The notes under the pieces were generated by a model that was not told the origin of the DNA, searched no databases, and worked only from the letters and a program-made list of their open reading frames with translations. The position numbers and the translations under genes are program-made. 20,000 nt of DNA, taken from IMG/VR virus record IMGVR_UViG_3300020557_000008, positions 56,635-76,634 of that record; one strand, given 5' to 3'. This stretch comes from an uncultured virus (IMG/VR IMGVR_UViG_3300020557_000008). Lineage: Duplodnaviria > Heunggongvirae > Uroviricota > Caudoviricetes. Below are positions 7,467 through 16,040 of the stretch, piece after piece (within the stretch, counting starts at the first letter, position 1; each line of letters opens with the position of its first letter).

Positions 7467-8061
7467 ATCCTTTTGTAATCATTGTTACCCCATGCAGATA
7501 ATTGACATCACCGGGGTGCATGACGGCCAAGCCTGGCTTTGGCCTTACCGTGAGGTCGTGTTGTGGATAAAACAAATCTCCGCCTTCAAAATCGTCGTTG
7601 TAATAAAACAGAGAGTTGAGGTCATAGTCAACAAATGCATTTGGTCTTCCGTCATTCAATTGTTTGTCCGCGTGAGGTTTTTGCTCAATTCCAGGACGCC
7701 ATTTCATTATTACGGGAGGGCGTTTGCTGACTTTCACTTTGTAAAAGTCTTCAATCGTTTTCTGCATTTTGTCAATATATTTGTCAACAAGTATCCATAC
7801 CTGTTTGTTGAGCCGTTCTAATATCTCGCTACTGCACTGTCTGTCGTTCCAATAATCTGCGTTATATAAACAAGTTCCATCTTCGGCGTACACGCTTTCA
7901 GCAGAATTGTTCCACTGATTAATGGTTGGGCAAAACTCCTGAATAAGTTTCAAATCTTCCAATTCAATAAAATTGTCAATGACAACAATATTTGATGAAC
8001 TGTTTCCGAAATGTCCCGGCTTGATTTTCCATGGGCTTTCTGCTGTAACGTCCGTGCTCAT
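7423..8061 (-). CDS. 2OG-Fe(II) oxygenase, prolyl-4-hydroxylase-like
   Basis: 212 aa. IVVIDNFI...KWRPGIEQKPHAD...YYNDDFEGGDLFY...YLHGVTMITKGFRYT gives HxD...H...R. Confidence 0.92.
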   Translation of the reverse strand: MSTDVTAESPWKIKPGHFGNSSSNIVVIDNFIELEDLKLIQEFCPTINQWNNSAESVYAEDGTCLYNADYWNDRQCSSEILERLNKQVWILVDKYIDKMQKTIEDFYKVKVSKRPPVIMKWRPGIEQKPHADKQLNDGRPNAFVDYDLNSLFYYNDDFEGGDLFYPQHDLTVRPKPGLAVMHPGDVNYLHGVTMITKGFRYTTPSFYTVVGS

Positions 8062-8067
8062 GTCATA

Positions 8068-8073
8068 ACCCTA
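8068..8073 (-). promoter_or_regulatory. Putative -10 element (TAGGGT), leaderless
   Basis: TANNNT 6 nt upstream of the ATG at 8061. Confidence 0.5.
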
Positions 8074-8107
8074 ACAGCCACTGCATTGGAGTTCTGGATT
8101 TAACTAA

Positions 8108-8599
8108 TCAGCACGGGCCCAATTTTGGATTAAAGCAGGGTGGGAAATATGGCGGGAAGAAAGGTGGGAAGAATGGCGGGAAGAAAGGTGGGAAGAACGG
8201 CGGGAAGTATGGGGGGAAAAAGGGCGGGAAGAACGGTGGGAAAAACGGAGGGAAAAAAGGCGGAAAATACGGAGGAGTTACCGATGGTGATGCCGCTGAA
8301 ACATCTGATGGAACGCCATAATTTGTATTTGCGACAACCGTAAATGTGTAAGAAGTTCCAGAAGTTAAGCCAGATACGGTTATCGGTGAAGATGAGCCAG
8401 TCGCAGTCAAACCGCCAGGGCTTGAGGTCGCCGTATATGTAACTGTTCCCTTGCCAATGTAAGAAGACGGTGTGAAAGCAACGCTTACCTGCTGTGCGTT
8501 GTTCGGGTTTGTGTTATTGACAACGGGAACGACCGTCCCTGTTGGGGACGACGGTGTCGTTGGCTTTTTGCCGCCACTGTCCTTTGGTGCCCTTGCCAT
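8108..8599 (-). CDS. Fibronectin type III domain protein with a C-terminal (PPFF)n repeat tail; likely virion/fibre-associated
   Basis: 163 aa. VSVAFTP...YTATSSPGG...ITVSGLTSGTSYTFTVVANTNYG..S..S is an FN3 signature, followed by 12 PPxF units. Starts 3 nt after the stop of the large fibre gene. Confidence 0.85.
   Translation of the reverse strand: MARAPKDSGGKKPTTPSSPTGTVVPVVNNTNPNNAQQVSVAFTPSSYIGKGTVTYTATSSPGGLTATGSSSPITVSGLTSGTSYTFTVVANTNYGVPSDVSAASPSVTPPYFPPFFPPFFPPFFPPFFPPYFPPFFPPFFPPFFPPFFPPYFPPCFNPKLGPC
8132..8275 (-). repeat. Coding 12-nt tandem repeat x12, encoding (PPYF-(PPFF)4)2-PPYF-PPCF
   Basis: Codons read directly: CCT CCG TAT TTT / CCG CCT TTT TTC / CCT CCG TTT TTC / CCA CCG TTC TTC ... 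CCA CCC TGC TTT. Synonymous positions vary while the peptide is conserved. Confidence 0.97.
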
Positions 8600-8602
8600 A
8601 AA

Positions 8603-11600
8603 TTATGCCGAAATATCTCCTACGAGAACCCACGTATTTTCTGCTCGCTTGATAAGCGTAGCATAGGACCACTGTGCTCGCATCTTCAAGCCTGGTGCTG
8701 CGTTAATTGTTACCCCACCAGTTGCAACAATTGTTGTCTGGCCAGCACCTGTCTGCAAAATGTTGATTTGTGAGCCCACAGGGAAGGCAACGGATGAGTT
8801 CAGTGGAACGGTCAAGTTGTTTGCAGAGGCAACGTTCATTTCTACAATCTTGTTCTTATCCGCAAGGACAAGTGTATAACTGGCTGTTTGAGCGTTTGTT
8901 GAGATGTCTGCCAATTTGCCAAGTTCAATTGCCGCAGTCGCGCTTACATCAGCATTAACAATCACGCCGGAAGAAATCGCCGTAACGCCAGATGAGTCAA
9001 TTGTTATATCGCCGGTTTCCGTTACCCATGTCGGTACACCAGATGCGTTGGCAACAATGATTTGTCCAGCAGTTCCGCTAGATACTGCAATTGAGGCACT
9101 AGAACCCTCTCCTGGCGTGTGCGTAACCGTAATTAGGTTGCCAGCAGCAACGTTCGACATATAGTTACCAGTTGTATCTGTCCCTAGGTCAATTGCGTCA
9201 TTGACCCATGCAGTTCCATTCCATTTCAGGAATTGGCCAGATGTAGCGCTCGTAATTGTTACGTCAGCGATGTCATCGAGGGAATTGATGGTTGTGCCGC
9301 CTGCTGCGTCATTTACCCATGCAGTTCCATTCCATTTTAGAACTTGACCGGCAGATGCAGATGTAATTGATACGTCACCGATGTCATCGAGTGAAGCAAC
9401 CGTTTGCCCATCAACATAAAATGTTGTAGCAATGTCGTAATACGTAGAGCCATCTTCAGTGATTTCCCACTTATCGCTTGTTTCATTCCAGCGGACGGCA
9501 ACGTTTGCCGACGTTCCACGTTCAACTTCAATACCAGCATTCTGTGATGGCGCGCTTGTCTCATTGCTATTGAGAACAATGATGTTGTCAGCGAGATTGA
9601 TTGTCTCCGTATTGACAGTCGTTGTCGTTCCATTGATTGTTAAATCTCCGCCAACAGTGACGTTTCCAGTTGTGGTGATTTGAGCAAATTGAACCGAAGC
9701 GGAAGTGCCAACAGCCTGACCGATTGCAACTGTGGGGCTTGAACCCTCTCCTGGGGTGTGGCTAACGGTTACACCAGTTCCTGCGGTTACATCAGAAACA
9801 TAATTTCCTGTTGTGTCTGTCCCTAGGGCAACTGAGTTAGCCGCGATTGTTGCGTTTATGGTTACATTAGAGGAACCATTAAATGAAGCAGAACCACTCA
9901 GGTCACCGCCCAGAGAGATTGTGCGAGATGTGGCAAGGGCCGTTGCGGTAGACGCATTGCCGATAAGTGGAGCCGTGACTGCCGCAAATGTCACCGATGA
10001 TGAAGTGCCAACAGCCTGACCAATGGCAATCGTCGGGCTTGAGCCTTCGCCAGGAGTATGTGTGACGGTGACACCAGTGCCTGCGGTTACATCAGAAACA
10101 TAGTTTCCTGTTGTGTCGGTGCCAAGAGCAACGCTGTTCGGCTCAACTGCCGCAGTGATTGTTACATCCGATGTTCCGTTAAACGACACCGAACCGCTGA
10201 GGTCTCCACCAAGAGAGATTGTTCGAGCATTCTGAAGAGCGGTCGCCGTTCCAGAATTTCCTGTCACATCGCCTGTTATGTTGCCTGTTACCGGCGCAGA
10301 AACATGTGCAAATGTGACAGACGATGAAGTCCCAACATCTTGGCCAATTGCAATTGTTGCGTTTGAGCCTTCTGCCGGAGTATGTGTAATTGCAACACCC
10401 GTACCAGCAGTGAGGTCAGACATGTAGTTTCCGGTCGTATCTGTTCCGAGCGCAACTGAGTTCGCTGCAATAGTCGCAGTGATTGAAGCATTTGTAGAGC
10501 CATCAAAAGAAACCGAACCAGTTACATCGCCAGAAAGGCTTATCGTCCTTGCGTTTTGCAACGTTGTGGCTGTTGATGCATTACCAACAAGATTTGCGCT
10601 TACAGTATTGAATGTAACCGATGCGCTTGTCGCCACATCTTGACCGATAGACAGTGTGTTTCCCGTCTTCGTAATTCCTGTACCGGCAACAATGTTTGCA
10701 GCACCAGTAAACTGCGTAAAGGTTATTGCGTCAGTACCGATGATGTGAGCACCACCTGTTCCTGTTCCCTCTGAATTGATAATAAAACCTTGGTTGATAT
10801 GCGTTGCGCCGTTTGCAACATAAACAGCATCTCCGCGTACAACTTCATCAAGGTTTCCATCATGGTCAGATGAGCGAGTAAGAATCCATGCTGCAGAAAC
10901 CGAGCCCTGATTTGTTACATCATAAATTCCGTTATGAACACTATTTGCCTGATTCTGCACCAAGACTCTGTCGCCGGTTGTCGCATTTACTCCGTCAATA
11001 ATGAGTCGCGCACTTGCGCTAGCGGTAAGGGTCGCACCAACACCACTTGTTCCATTGTCGTAAGTTGGTGAGTTCGGCAGAACCGCCGCTGTCGCGAGTT
11101 CCACGGAATCGTGCCAGTTGATTCCCGCTGCTATTGAGTCGGCGTACGACTTTGTAACTGCGTGGGTTGTTTCAGTCGGCTGACCAGTGAGTGTAAGGAC
11201 AGCGAATGTTGGCGATGCTGATGTTGCAACACTTTGAGGAATGGATATTGTCGCCGTTGAGCCTTCGCTTGGAGTGTGGCTGATTGTGATTCCTGTTCCA
11301 GCGGTCACATCAACCATGTAGTTGCCGACGGTGTCGGTGCCGAGGTTAATTTGGTCGTTAATCCAGACAGATGATGCGCTGTTCCACATCAAGACATCTT
11401 TGTCAACCTTGCCGTTGGTCTTGACATCATGCAGTTCATTCAGTTCATATCCGTTCTGAACTGCAACATAGATGATTCCGTTGTTTGTTGCACGAACGAC
11501 AACGCCGATGAACACTGTGTTCAGCGGAGCAGAAGGCTTAGTGGTGGTGACACCACCATTTGTTCCAAGCCACAGGATGTCGCCGACGCTGTAGGCAGAA

Positions 11601-14041
11601 AGGTTAATTCCATCGACATATCCGCGTGTGATGACTGGACCGTTTTGGTTCGACGCAACTGCCGTACCCATAACGCCGACAGTCTTGGAAGACGTTGTCT
11701 CCAGCGCATTATCGGCGCGCTTGACCGAAGCATGGTCGCCGTTTCCACCAAAGAGGTATACAACTGTGCCTGATGCAAGTGTCGTTGCTTCCGCATTGCG
11801 GACATACGAGACAACCGGTGTGTATGTCGGAACCCAGCCAGAACCGTCGTAGGCAAGGGCCTGGAATTCTTCTGGTGTCCCAACAACCACATCGTTGAGG
11901 TCGTTCAATGATGCATTCAGGGCAACCGATGCGCTAGAGCCCTCACCGGGTGTATGGGTAACCGTGATAGCAGAGCCAGCAACAATGTCGTTGACGTAAT
12001 TGCCGGTTGTATCGGTACCGAGGGCTACAGAGTTTGGCTGAACCGTTGCGGTAATCGTGACATCAGCAGTTCCGTTGAAGGATGCAGAGCCAGACAAATC
12101 GCCCGAGAGAGAAATTGCGCGCGAAGTCTGCAGCGAGGTTGCTGTGTCAGCATTTCCAGTCAGATTTCCGGTGACATTACCCGTTACGTTCCCCGTTACT
12201 GGCGCAGAGACGTGCGCGAATGTCACAGATGACGATGTTCCGACATCCTGTCCGATTGCTACCGTTGGAGAAGAACCTTCGCCAGGAGTGTGCGTTACAG
12301 TAACGCCCGTTCCAGCGGTCAAATCATTGACATAGTTGCCAGTCGTGTCTGTTCCGAGTTCAATAGCCCCAAGTGCAGCGATGTCACCGTATGTGGTGCC
12401 GTCGTTCGTGAACTCCCATTGGTCGTTTGTTTCGTTCCAGCGAATTAGAACATTTGCTGAAGTTCCGCGCTCAACTTCAATTCCAGCATTTTCTGTTGGT
12501 GAGCCAGTGACATTGCTATTCAGAACAACAATGTTGTCCTCAATCGCCAGTGTCTCTGTGTTTAGGGTGGTTGTGGTTCCGTTTACTGTCAGGTTTCCGC
12601 CAACAGTGATGTCGCCAGTTGTGTCAAGTTTTGCGAAAGTAACCGATGCGCTAGTTGCTACAGACTGACCGATTGCGATTGTTGGGCTTGAGCCCTCTGC
12701 CGGCGTGTGTGTAACGGTTACACCAGTGCCAGCGACAACATCTGAAACATAGTTTCCTACGGTGTCAGTCCCGAGGTTGATTGTGTCGTTTACCCATACG
12801 GTTGAGGCGCTGTTATAGCGCAGGAATTGACCGTCTGTTGGAGATGTCAAAAGAACATCATGCAAATCTTGAATGTGCTCACCTACAGATGGCCTTACAA
12901 GCAAAACGCCAGTTGATGCATTCCTGACAACTAGAGTTGCAACAAGAACCGAATGACGCGGAGCAACGTTTGTCAGTTTGCCAGCGACTGTTGGGTGAAC
13001 ATAGAGAAGGTCTCCAACAGCCCATGTTTCATCGCCAACGCTGATTGCTGTTGAAGAATTTCCTCTTGTGTCAAGTCCTCTTACAAAACCAAAAGTTTGA
13101 ACAAATCCACTGCCGCCATTGGTTATTGATTCAGTTGCAAGTCCAATAAAACTTTCTTCACGGATAGTTCCATCTGCAGTATATGGAAATACTTCAACTT
13201 TTCCGTCTTCCTCTACCCCGGAAGCGTAAAGCGCAGTGCCTTTTTGAATTTGCGAACCAGTTGTGTTGCGAACACGGAATACCGATTCCTCTCCAAGATG
13301 TATGTGTTTATCTGCTGTCAAGCCAAGATTGAGTGTTCCCTCAACAGAATCCCATGTAAGCATTCCAGCAGCAGGTGCCACACTCGCTGTTGTATCAAAC
13401 TGAACGGAATCGATATCTGATAGCGAGTCAACCGTCAAGCCACCAGAGAAAGTGATTGATGTTCCATCACTCGTGATTTCTGCCCCACCAAGATTGATGC
13501 TTGTGCCAGACAAATAGATATCCCTGAATCGCGCCGAAGCAGAGCCAAGGTCGTATGCTTCTGTTGTGCTTGGAATTACATGACCGGCAATATTTGTTTG
13601 ACCATTTACCGTAAGTTGACCAAACGAAACTGATGCGGAAGTGCCCACATCTTGCCCGATTGCAATAGAGGCAGTTGAACCTTCGCCTGGGGTGTGAGTG
13701 ACGGTGACACCAGTGCCGCCAGCCACATCGACCATGTAGTTGCCGACGGTGTCGGTTGAAAGGTTTACGGCGTCGTTAATCCAGACGGAAGCGGAACTGT
13801 CGTAACGCAAAAAATCCCCACCGCTGACGCTGGTGATGGTTACATCACTAAGGTCATTCAGTGAACTAAGGGAAATCGGGATAACCGTATACGAAAGCGA
13901 ATTCCATGCTGTAGTGCCGTCGCCAATTTTGACTTTTTTCGTGTCGGTTTCAAAACCGATTTCACCCGCGTAAAGAACAGGGTTATTGCTTGTCCAAGAT
14001 GAGGCTGTACCGCGCTTGACCTGAATCCTTGCTCCAGCCAT
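8603..14041 (-). CDS. Large mosaic phage fibre protein (1812 aa) with an Mtd_N/hyaluronidase-type N-terminus and many internal repeats
   Basis: The N-terminus RIQVKRGTASSWTSNNPVLYAGEIGFETDTKKVKIGDGTTAWNSLSY is typical of the Mtd N-terminal anchor. The protein is G/T/S/A/V-rich with several repeated modules and ends in a TASYTLVLAD...WVLVGDISA domain. Confidence 0.88.
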   Translation of the reverse strand: MAGARIQVKRGTASSWTSNNPVLYAGEIGFETDTKKVKIGDGTTAWNSLSYTVIPISLSSLNDLSDVTITSVSGGDFLRYDSSASVWINDAVNLSTDTVGNYMVDVAGGTGVTVTHTPGEGSTASIAIGQDVGTSASVSFGQLTVNGQTNIAGHVIPSTTEAYDLGSASARFRDIYLSGTSINLGGAEITSDGTSITFSGGLTVDSLSDIDSVQFDTTASVAPAAGMLTWDSVEGTLNLGLTADKHIHLGEESVFRVRNTTGSQIQKGTALYASGVEEDGKVEVFPYTADGTIREESFIGLATESITNGGSGFVQTFGFVRGLDTRGNSSTAISVGDETWAVGDLLYVHPTVAGKLTNVAPRHSVLVATLVVRNASTGVLLVRPSVGEHIQDLHDVLLTSPTDGQFLRYNSASTVWVNDTINLGTDTVGNYVSDVVAGTGVTVTHTPAEGSSPTIAIGQSVATSASVTFAKLDTTGDITVGGNLTVNGTTTTLNTETLAIEDNIVVLNSNVTGSPTENAGIEVERGTSANVLIRWNETNDQWEFTNDGTTYGDIAALGAIELGTDTTGNYVNDLTAGTGVTVTHTPGEGSSPTVAIGQDVGTSSSVTFAHVSAPVTGNVTGNVTGNLTGNADTATSLQTSRAISLSGDLSGSASFNGTADVTITATVQPNSVALGTDTTGNYVNDIVAGSAITVTHTPGEGSSASVALNASLNDLNDVVVGTPEEFQALAYDGSGWVPTYTPVVSYVRNAEATTLASGTVVYLFGGNGDHASVKRADNALETTSSKTVGVMGTAVASNQNGPVITRGYVDGINLSAYSVGDILWLGTNGGVTTTKPSAPLNTVFIGVVVRATNNGIIYVAVQNGYELNELHDVKTNGKVDKDVLMWNSASSVWINDQINLGTDTVGNYMVDVTAGTGITISHTPSEGSTATISIPQSVATSASPTFAVLTLTGQPTETTHAVTKSYADSIAAGINWHDSVELATAAVLPNSPTYDNGTSGVGATLTASASARLIIDGVNATTGDRVLVQNQANSVHNGIYDVTNQGSVSAAWILTRSSDHDGNLDEVVRGDAVYVANGATHINQGFIINSEGTGTGGAHIIGTDAITFTQFTGAANIVAGTGITKTGNTLSIGQDVATSASVTFNTVSANLVGNASTATTLQNARTISLSGDVTGSVSFDGSTNASITATIAANSVALGTDTTGNYMSDLTAGTGVAITHTPAEGSNATIAIGQDVGTSSSVTFAHVSAPVTGNITGDVTGNSGTATALQNARTISLGGDLSGSVSFNGTSDVTITAAVEPNSVALGTDTTGNYVSDVTAGTGVTVTHTPGEGSSPTIAIGQAVGTSSSVTFAAVTAPLIGNASTATALATSRTISLGGDLSGSASFNGSSNVTINATIAANSVALGTDTTGNYVSDVTAGTGVTVSHTPGEGSSPTVAIGQAVGTSASVQFAQITTTGNVTVGGDLTINGTTTTVNTETINLADNIIVLNSNETSAPSQNAGIEVERGTSANVAVRWNETSDKWEITEDGSTYYDIATTFYVDGQTVASLDDIGDVSITSASAGQVLKWNGTAWVNDAAGGTTINSLDDIADVTITSATSGQFLKWNGTAWVNDAIDLGTDTTGNYMSNVAAGNLITVTHTPGEGSSASIAVSSGTAGQIIVANASGVPTWVTETGDITIDSSGVTAISSGVIVNADVSATAAIELGKLADISTNAQTASYTLVLADKNKIVEMNVASANNLTVPLNSSVAFPVGSQINILQTGAGQTTIVATGGVTINAAPGLKMRAQWSYATLIKRAENTWVLVGDISA
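9701..10120. repeat. Recent ~300-bp internal tandem duplication in the fibre gene
   Basis: 9771-9817 and 10071-10117 differ at 2 of 47 nt. gaagtgccaacagcctgacc occurs at 9702 and 10002. Both offsets are 300 nt (100 aa). Confidence 0.85.
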
Positions 14042-14496
14042 TACACCGCACCTCCGTCAAAGCCAACGATTACATAATTTGTAACTTCCGCTTCATATAT
14101 TTCTGGAGAAATAATACCACCATCTACGTCTCCAGATAACAAACCTGCTCCGCCGCTTACTTCAGTCCATGTTGAGTTAGAGCGGAAAAAGAACTTGTTA
14201 TTTGTTGTATCTACTGCGATGGCTCCGTTAGGAAGTTCCGAAGTAGGCGTCCCATTTGTCGTCAGTGTCACGAGCCCAAGGGCGGCCTGAAATACGTCAT
14301 CCGTATAGAGGGTGTTTGCACTTGTGCGGTAGAGGTTGGTATCTCCAGCCGCTGAACCAGAAGACCACGTAAGGCGACCGCCAGCATCAATGCGAATTCT
14401 TGCATGTGCATCAAGATTTACGCGCGTAGAGAATGATTCGTCGCTTGGACTAGAAAACTCAATGCCGCGTAGGGGCGTTCCAACAAATCGTGTCAT
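14041..14496 (-). CDS. Small fibre/tail-associated structural protein
   Basis: 151 aa. RIRIDAGGRLTW...DTNLYRTSANTLYTDD and C-terminal DGG motifs resemble phage minor tail proteins. TAATG overlap with the large fibre gene. Confidence 0.65.
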   Translation of the reverse strand: MTRFVGTPLRGIEFSSPSDESFSTRVNLDAHARIRIDAGGRLTWSSGSAAGDTNLYRTSANTLYTDDVFQAALGLVTLTTNGTPTSELPNGAIAVDTTNNKFFFRSNSTWTEVSGGAGLLSGDVDGGIISPEIYEAEVTNYVIVGFDGGAV

Positions 14497-14556
14497 ATGA
14501 ATACAGCCTCGACTGCCTTCTGGTTGTGTGTGCCCCGCAAGGCACTATGGGTATTA

Positions 14557-16017
14557 CTAACCAGTGACGACGACTGTATATGCGTTCGAAGAAGGGGCGA
14601 CCGAGAAGGAAACCGTAACGGTGTCCGTGGTCGTCCGCACTACGTCTGCAATGACGGTGTCATAACTGGAGGAATCATAAACCTGCACAACAACTGCACG
14701 TGTGCCGAAGTTGTGAGTTACGGCAAACGATGTATTTGCACCGTCGCCGACAACCTTGTTAGCAACTCGGGCCAAGACCGGCGTGCTGGTATTTGCGCCA
14801 GTCGGGCTTGTGTAAGCAAGGTTCTGGCGGGCTGTTGCCTCGTCGCTGGCGTTAGTACCGCCATTTGCAATCGGTAGGACACCAGTTACGCCACCACCAG
14901 ATGCGGAAGAAAGGCTAACTGCATCGACAGACAGTGTTCCGGCCGTGAATGTAATGCCAGTTCCTGCGATGTTCGAGTTAAGGGCAAGTCCATCACCTGT
15001 TGTAGTAAGACCATTTACCGCACCATCAAGTTTGATTTGGACTTCATCCCCATCAATCTCAAGGCCGCCAGTGCCATGCAGGGCTACGCTGAGAACACCA
15101 GCGGAAGCGGAAAGACCTGCGCCAGCAGCGCCATCAGCAATGCTGAGTTCATCGTTGACGATATGGATGCCAACACCGTCGACAAGAACGTTGAGTGTTG
15201 AGCCGACTTTCTCAAGGGCTTCACCAGCGGTAATCTGACCAGTTCCCGAGAACTGAGCAAATGTGAGCGGGGTTGTGCCAAGAGTAATCGGGTTGTTTGT
15301 AGTAAGAACCCAACCAGTGTCACCGTATGTAGTTCCGTTCGTGACGAACGTGAACATGCCAGAGGTAACTTCAGCACTTGTATCAGCATCGGTTGCGCGC
15401 TGAGCGGTTCCAGATGCGGACACAACATAAATGCCGTTTTCAGAAGCAGTTACCTGGTCCTTGACGAGAACTCGGTCGCCAGTTTCAAGTACGTGGCTAT
15501 CAATTGTGTCGCCGGTATTGAGGTCGCTCGCAAGATTGACCGGGCCAGTCGTTGCAACATGTACTGATTCCTTAACGTCAAGACCACTGCGTGCTGCATC
15601 AACATACGCCTTGTTGGCAGCATCCAGTGCGTTGACTGGTTCGGCAACTTGGAACCTACCATCACCATTGCGCTTGACAAGAGTATTTACGCCATCAGAT
15701 GAACTTGCATTATCAAGCAATGACTTGTCCGATGTGGACATGACGCCAGGGTTAGATGTTGTGGCAAGATTCGGCTCAATAGAAATTGTTCCATTGGACT
15801 CGTTGATTGTGAGTGCTGCAGAAGCGCTGCCGGCTGTTTGAACAGCGATAATCGCTTTCTTCCAACTTGTACCATCAAAATATTTGACCGTCTTCTCGGT
15901 CGAGTTGTAAATGAGGCGACCCTCAAAGTTCCCAGTGCTCGGGTCAGAAGCAACGACCTGGAACTTTCCGTTCTGGAGTTCGTTCTGATTAAGATTTAAG
16001 TTTGTTACGAATTTCAT
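14557..16017 (-). CDS. Phage tail-fibre-like structural protein (486 aa)
   Basis: Contains a DAANKAYVD...TGDRVLVKDQVTASENGIYVV tail-fibre module, AGxGL repeats, a VTGVLPIANGGTNA motif and a C-terminal THNFG domain. SD GGAGGT. Confidence 0.82.
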   Translation of the reverse strand: MKFVTNLNLNQNELQNGKFQVVASDPSTGNFEGRLIYNSTEKTVKYFDGTSWKKAIIAVQTAGSASAALTINESNGTISIEPNLATTSNPGVMSTSDKSLLDNASSSDGVNTLVKRNGDGRFQVAEPVNALDAANKAYVDAARSGLDVKESVHVATTGPVNLASDLNTGDTIDSHVLETGDRVLVKDQVTASENGIYVVSASGTAQRATDADTSAEVTSGMFTFVTNGTTYGDTGWVLTTNNPITLGTTPLTFAQFSGTGQITAGEALEKVGSTLNVLVDGVGIHIVNDELSIADGAAGAGLSASAGVLSVALHGTGGLEIDGDEVQIKLDGAVNGLTTTGDGLALNSNIAGTGITFTAGTLSVDAVSLSSASGGGVTGVLPIANGGTNASDEATARQNLAYTSPTGANTSTPVLARVANKVVGDGANTSFAVTHNFGTRAVVVQVYDSSSYDTVIADVVRTTTDTVTVSFSVAPSSNAYTVVVTG

Positions 16018-16040
16018 GTGGGTCTACCTCCAGAGTTCTC

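Noticed and set aside
8132..8275. Purine-rich 12-nt periodic repeat on the plus strand as a CRISPR array, G-quadruplex element or the plus-strand ORF 8140..8343
   Set aside because: There are no spacers, and the variation falls mainly at third codon positions of the minus-strand frame. It is best explained as a coding repeat.
8603..14041. Diversity-generating retroelement suggested by the Mtd-like N-terminus
   Set aside because: No reverse transcriptase is present in the window. I saw no template/variable repeat pair differing only at adenines, and the internal repeats differ mostly at synonymous sites.
14530..14547. Short hairpin gtgcc-ccgcaa-ggcac in the 14497-14556 intergenic region
   Set aside because: It has a 5-bp stem and no U tract. 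It could be regulatory, but the sequence alone cannot support that.
8770..15841. Numerous plus-strand and alternate-frame ORFs over the fibre genes
   Set aside because: They are shadow ORFs caused by the biased G/T/S/A/V codon content, with no motifs or start signals.
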